A DNA stretch of 64,000 nucleotides from Eledone cirrhosa (taxonomy: Eukaryota): NCBI GenBank assembly GCA_964016885.1, contig OZ024765.1, positions 2,232,001 through 2,296,000 of the forward strand, written 5' to 3'. Position numbers and translations under genes: made by a program. Below, in pieces: positions 59,925-64,000 of this stretch. The notes beneath the pieces are model-generated. The model saw only the letters and a list, made by a program, of their open reading frames with translations. It was not told where the DNA came from and did not search any database. Position 1 is the first letter of the stretch. Every line of letters starts with the position of its first letter.

Positions 59925-60427
59925 ACATATATGGATATATACAGATATATATGTATAATATTCGTAGCTGATCACATAATTTCTGCTTTAATTTACACAC
60001 ACACATGCTTGTGCATATACACACATGTGTGTATATATATATATATATGTGTATATATATATATACACACACACAAATGCATACATGTGCATACACACAC
60101 ACAAATGCATACATGTGCACACTCAGACACCTACATACAAATATATATGGATATATATACACACATGCACACACACATGTACACACATGCACACACACAC
60201 ATGTTCACACACACACACAAGGTATTATTTGAGACACGAAAAAAAAAAAAGCTACGCCTGTCTGGAAATGAAATACAATAAATTTTTAAATAATTGGTTT
60301 AAAATTTTAAAAACATTTAACTTAAATTAAAAAACTCTTTTTTTCTGGGCTTGATGCTCGTCAGGTAGAATCGGGGCCCTATTTGTTGGGCGTTAAATGA
60401 CTGAGGGTACAAAAGCCCTCCCTAGAC

Positions 60428-60915
60428 GGACTATGTTGAAAGATAAACCTCATTTGGTCATTCCATGAGAGTATCTTGGTCAGCCAATGAAGGAGTGATG
60501 CTAGAGCTGTGAAATCTTGCATACATTAATTTCAATTCTTCTTATTAATAACTGCATTGTTTCTTTCCAGGGACTATGTTGAAAATTACACATCATTTGG
60601 TCATTCTATGAGAGTATCTTCTTTTAGAAGGAGTGATGCGTGAGCTGTGAAATCTTGCATGCATTAATTTCAACTCTTCTTAATAACTGTATAGTTTCTT
60701 TCCAAGGACTATGTTGAAAAATAAACCTCATTTGATCATTCCATGAGAGTATTTTGGTCAGCCTATGAAGGAGTGATGTTAGAGCTGTGAAATCTAAGGG
60801 AAGCCAAGCTATCGCAGTGTTAAACCCAGGCTGATGTTGGTATTCAAACGAGGGTCAGCTAAAAAGTACATGGGCTAAAAAGTTCATAGGTTGACCAAGA
60901 TACTCTCATGGAATG
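60428..60915. repeat. Three ~135-145 bp tandem units of a mariner-like MITE end, plus an inverted TIR piece
   Basis: GGACTATGTTGAAA...CATTCCATGAGAGTATCTTGGTCAGCC at 60428, 60572 and 60706. Its reverse complement at ~60878-60915 is preceded by ACGAGGGTCAGCTAAAAAGT. Confidence 0.6.
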
Positions 60916-61378
60916 GCAAGGGCCGCAACTCTATGCGTCAAAGCATGGCGTCCGACCCTCTACTGATACTGCCAATCCAGCAATAATCTTTTGCAACCGA
61001 ATGCAAACTGTAAAAATTATATAGTATTAAGACTAACATTTTCATCGAATACAACATGCAAAAATGATAGATATGGGAAGGCTATTGTACTAGATTGACG
61101 TTACAGAGTTGCTGAGGATGTGCCGAAGATAATGAAAAAAATATAATAATCAACAGAGTTATGTCTTTAATATATTAGTAAACTGAAATATATATATATA
61201 TGCACGTATATATTTATATATATTCATATTTATATATATATTATAAATATTATATATATATATGCACGTATATATTTATATATATATTATATATATTATA
61301 TATATATATATATGCACGTACATATTTATATATATTCATATTTATATATATATTATATATATTATATATATATATAAT

Positions 61379-61465
<87 letters not shown>

Positions 61466-61539
61466 GTATATATTTATATATATATTCATATTTATATATA
61501 TATTATATATATATAATATGTATATAATCTATATATAAT

Positions 61540-61624
<85 letters not shown>

Positions 61625-61665
61625 ATTTATATATATATGCATATATATATGATATATATATATAC

Positions 61666-61723
<58 letters not shown>

Positions 61724-61856
61724 AATATATATATATATTATATATATATTGTATATATTATATTATATATATATATGTATAAGTTATATACAACATAAGA
61801 TAATTATTTCATTTAACAGTGGTTTCAGTCGTCAGAATGAATAAAATAGATTTTAC

Positions 61857-61916
61857 TCATTCTGACGACTGAAGACAGATATAAATATCTACCTTCAAGA
61901 AACCACTGGTAAATGA
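61857..61916 (+). ncRNA. Type-I hammerhead ribozyme motif, with an inverted stem-II-less copy at 61809-61840
   Basis: tcatt CTGACGA ctgaag...cttcaa GAAA cc act g GTA aatga. Mirror copy on the minus strand: tcatt CTGACGA ct GAAA ccactgtta aatga. Confidence 0.7.
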
Positions 61917-61999
61917 AATAATTATCTTACATAACTAATAAGCTCTGTAGCCTACATAGAGCACTCTTATTTCCTGTACCTTTCCGACGGAAATACTTC

Positions 62000-62082
<83 letters not shown>

Positions 62083-62193
62083 TAATTATATTATATTATA
62101 TTCAGATAAATGGTCGGAATATGGTACAGAGAATCCAACTATAGGGTGAAAGCAGCGGTTCTTTGCTTAAACTTTAATCTGTTATTTTAATAA

Positions 62194-62377
<184 letters not shown>

Positions 62378-62402
62378 ACACAAACACATATATATACATA
62401 TT

Positions 62403-62442
<40 letters not shown>

Positions 62443-62713
62443 AATATAAATATACATATATATATATATATTTGCTTATATATATGTATATATTTATATA
62501 TATATTTATAAATATATACATATTTATATATATATACATATTTATAATTATATATGTACATATTTAAAAATATATATACATATTTATAAATATATATATA
62601 TATATATTTATAAATATATATATATTTATAAATAAATATATATATATATATATATTTATAAATATGCAGATATTTTTATATATATATGTGTGTGTTTGTG
62701 TTTATATATATAT

Positions 62714-62795
<82 letters not shown>

Positions 62796-62834
62796 GTATG
62801 TGTGTGTGTGCGTGTGTATATTTATAAATATATT

Positions 62835-62893
<59 letters not shown>

Positions 62894-62896
<3 letters not shown>

Positions 62897-63037
62897 TGGT
62901 TACACAACAGTTAGTTCACCATACCGAGAACAATTGTTTCACCTTAGCGGATCCTCAGCTGACGATTATGATCTGAAGATCCGCTAAGGTGAAACATTTG
63001 TTCTCGGTATGGTGAACTAACTGTTGTGTAACTACTT
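62894..63037. ncRNA. Back-to-back inverted pair of hammerhead motifs forming a ~65-bp-arm hairpin
   Basis: Plus strand: CTGAAGA tccgctaaggt GAAA cattt GTT ctc. Minus strand: ag CTGAGGA tccgctaaggt GAAA caatt GTT ct. Flanked by (TA)n. Confidence 0.65.
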
Positions 63038-63038
63038 C

Positions 63039-63079
<41 letters not shown>

Positions 63080-63827
63080 ATAACATTCACACAGAAGCAA
63101 GCTCACCTATATGTTTCAGATAATTATATATTATATATAATGTATATAATTATATATATATGTATATGATTATATATCATATAATATATATATATATAAT
63201 TATATATATATATTTATAAAATATATAATTATATATATATATATCTATAATATATATATAAATATATATATATATATTATATAATTATATATTACATATA
63301 TACATGTATATAATTATATATTATATATGTAATTATATATACATATTTATAATATATAATTACATATAATTATATATTATATATGTAATTATATATATAT
63401 ATATTAAATATATATATATATATATATACATATATACAGTGACCGAAAATTCGCGACTAAGGTGTCAGCGTTAACCGAAACACGAAAGAGACAGTAAACG
63501 AGAGAAAGAAAGAAAGAAGGAGAGAGAGAGAGATGTGTGAGGTGAGTGGTTGTCAAGAGGAGGAGGTACTCACTGGGGTGGGGGTGGCAAAGAGAGAGAG
63601 AGAGGAGAAGTAAGAGGTGATTGATTGGAAGATTGAGAAGGGGGTTGTGAAGGGGAGGGTGGAAGAGAGACAAGTTTGATAGAGTAGAGGCTGGAGGAGG
63701 TCTGGAGGGAGGAAGGGAGGTAGGAGGGAGAGATTGAGAAATAGAGAGAGGGTGAAAAAAAGTAAGGAAGAAAAAGGATAAGAAAACGAGAGAAATGCTT
63801 TATATATATGTATATATATATATACAT

Positions 63828-63925
<98 letters not shown>

Positions 63926-64000
63926 GGAGATAGAGAGGTAGATATATAGATAGAGAGAGAGATAGATAGATAGATAGATATGTTTCTTTATTAGCCACAG

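Overview
Eukaryotic, extremely microsatellite-rich ((TA)n, (CA)n, (GA)n, (CAC)n, (CTA)n) animal DNA, intergenic or intronic. The repeat content resembles an octopus/cephalopod assembly (inference). I found no convincing host protein-coding exon, and nearly all listed ORFs are translations of simple repeats. Recognisable content: a young 5'-inverted RTE-type LINE fragment (40.6-41.5 kb), older RTE and L1/Tx1-like 3' ends, two tRNA-derived SINE families, several MITEs (including a TTAA/piggyBac-type MITE carrying an internal 72-bp satellite), a 3.9-kb 22-bp satellite, several minisatellites and a 200-N gap. The main unexplained signal is about 20 minimal type-I hammerhead-ribozyme (HHR) motifs, of the form CUGANGA-stem II-GAAA-short palindromic stem III-NUH and often followed by AATAAA. 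They sit in 100-300 bp islands inside (TA)n tracts and belong to several families. These include a three-copy family with a compensatory U3:A8 core, back-to-back inverted HHR pairs, and fold-back hairpins built from only the GAAA half of a hammerhead. The pattern fits microsatellite-targeting Penelope-like element (PLE) terminal repeats or retrozyme-like non-autonomous retroelements. All structures were read by eye; no folding or database search was run.
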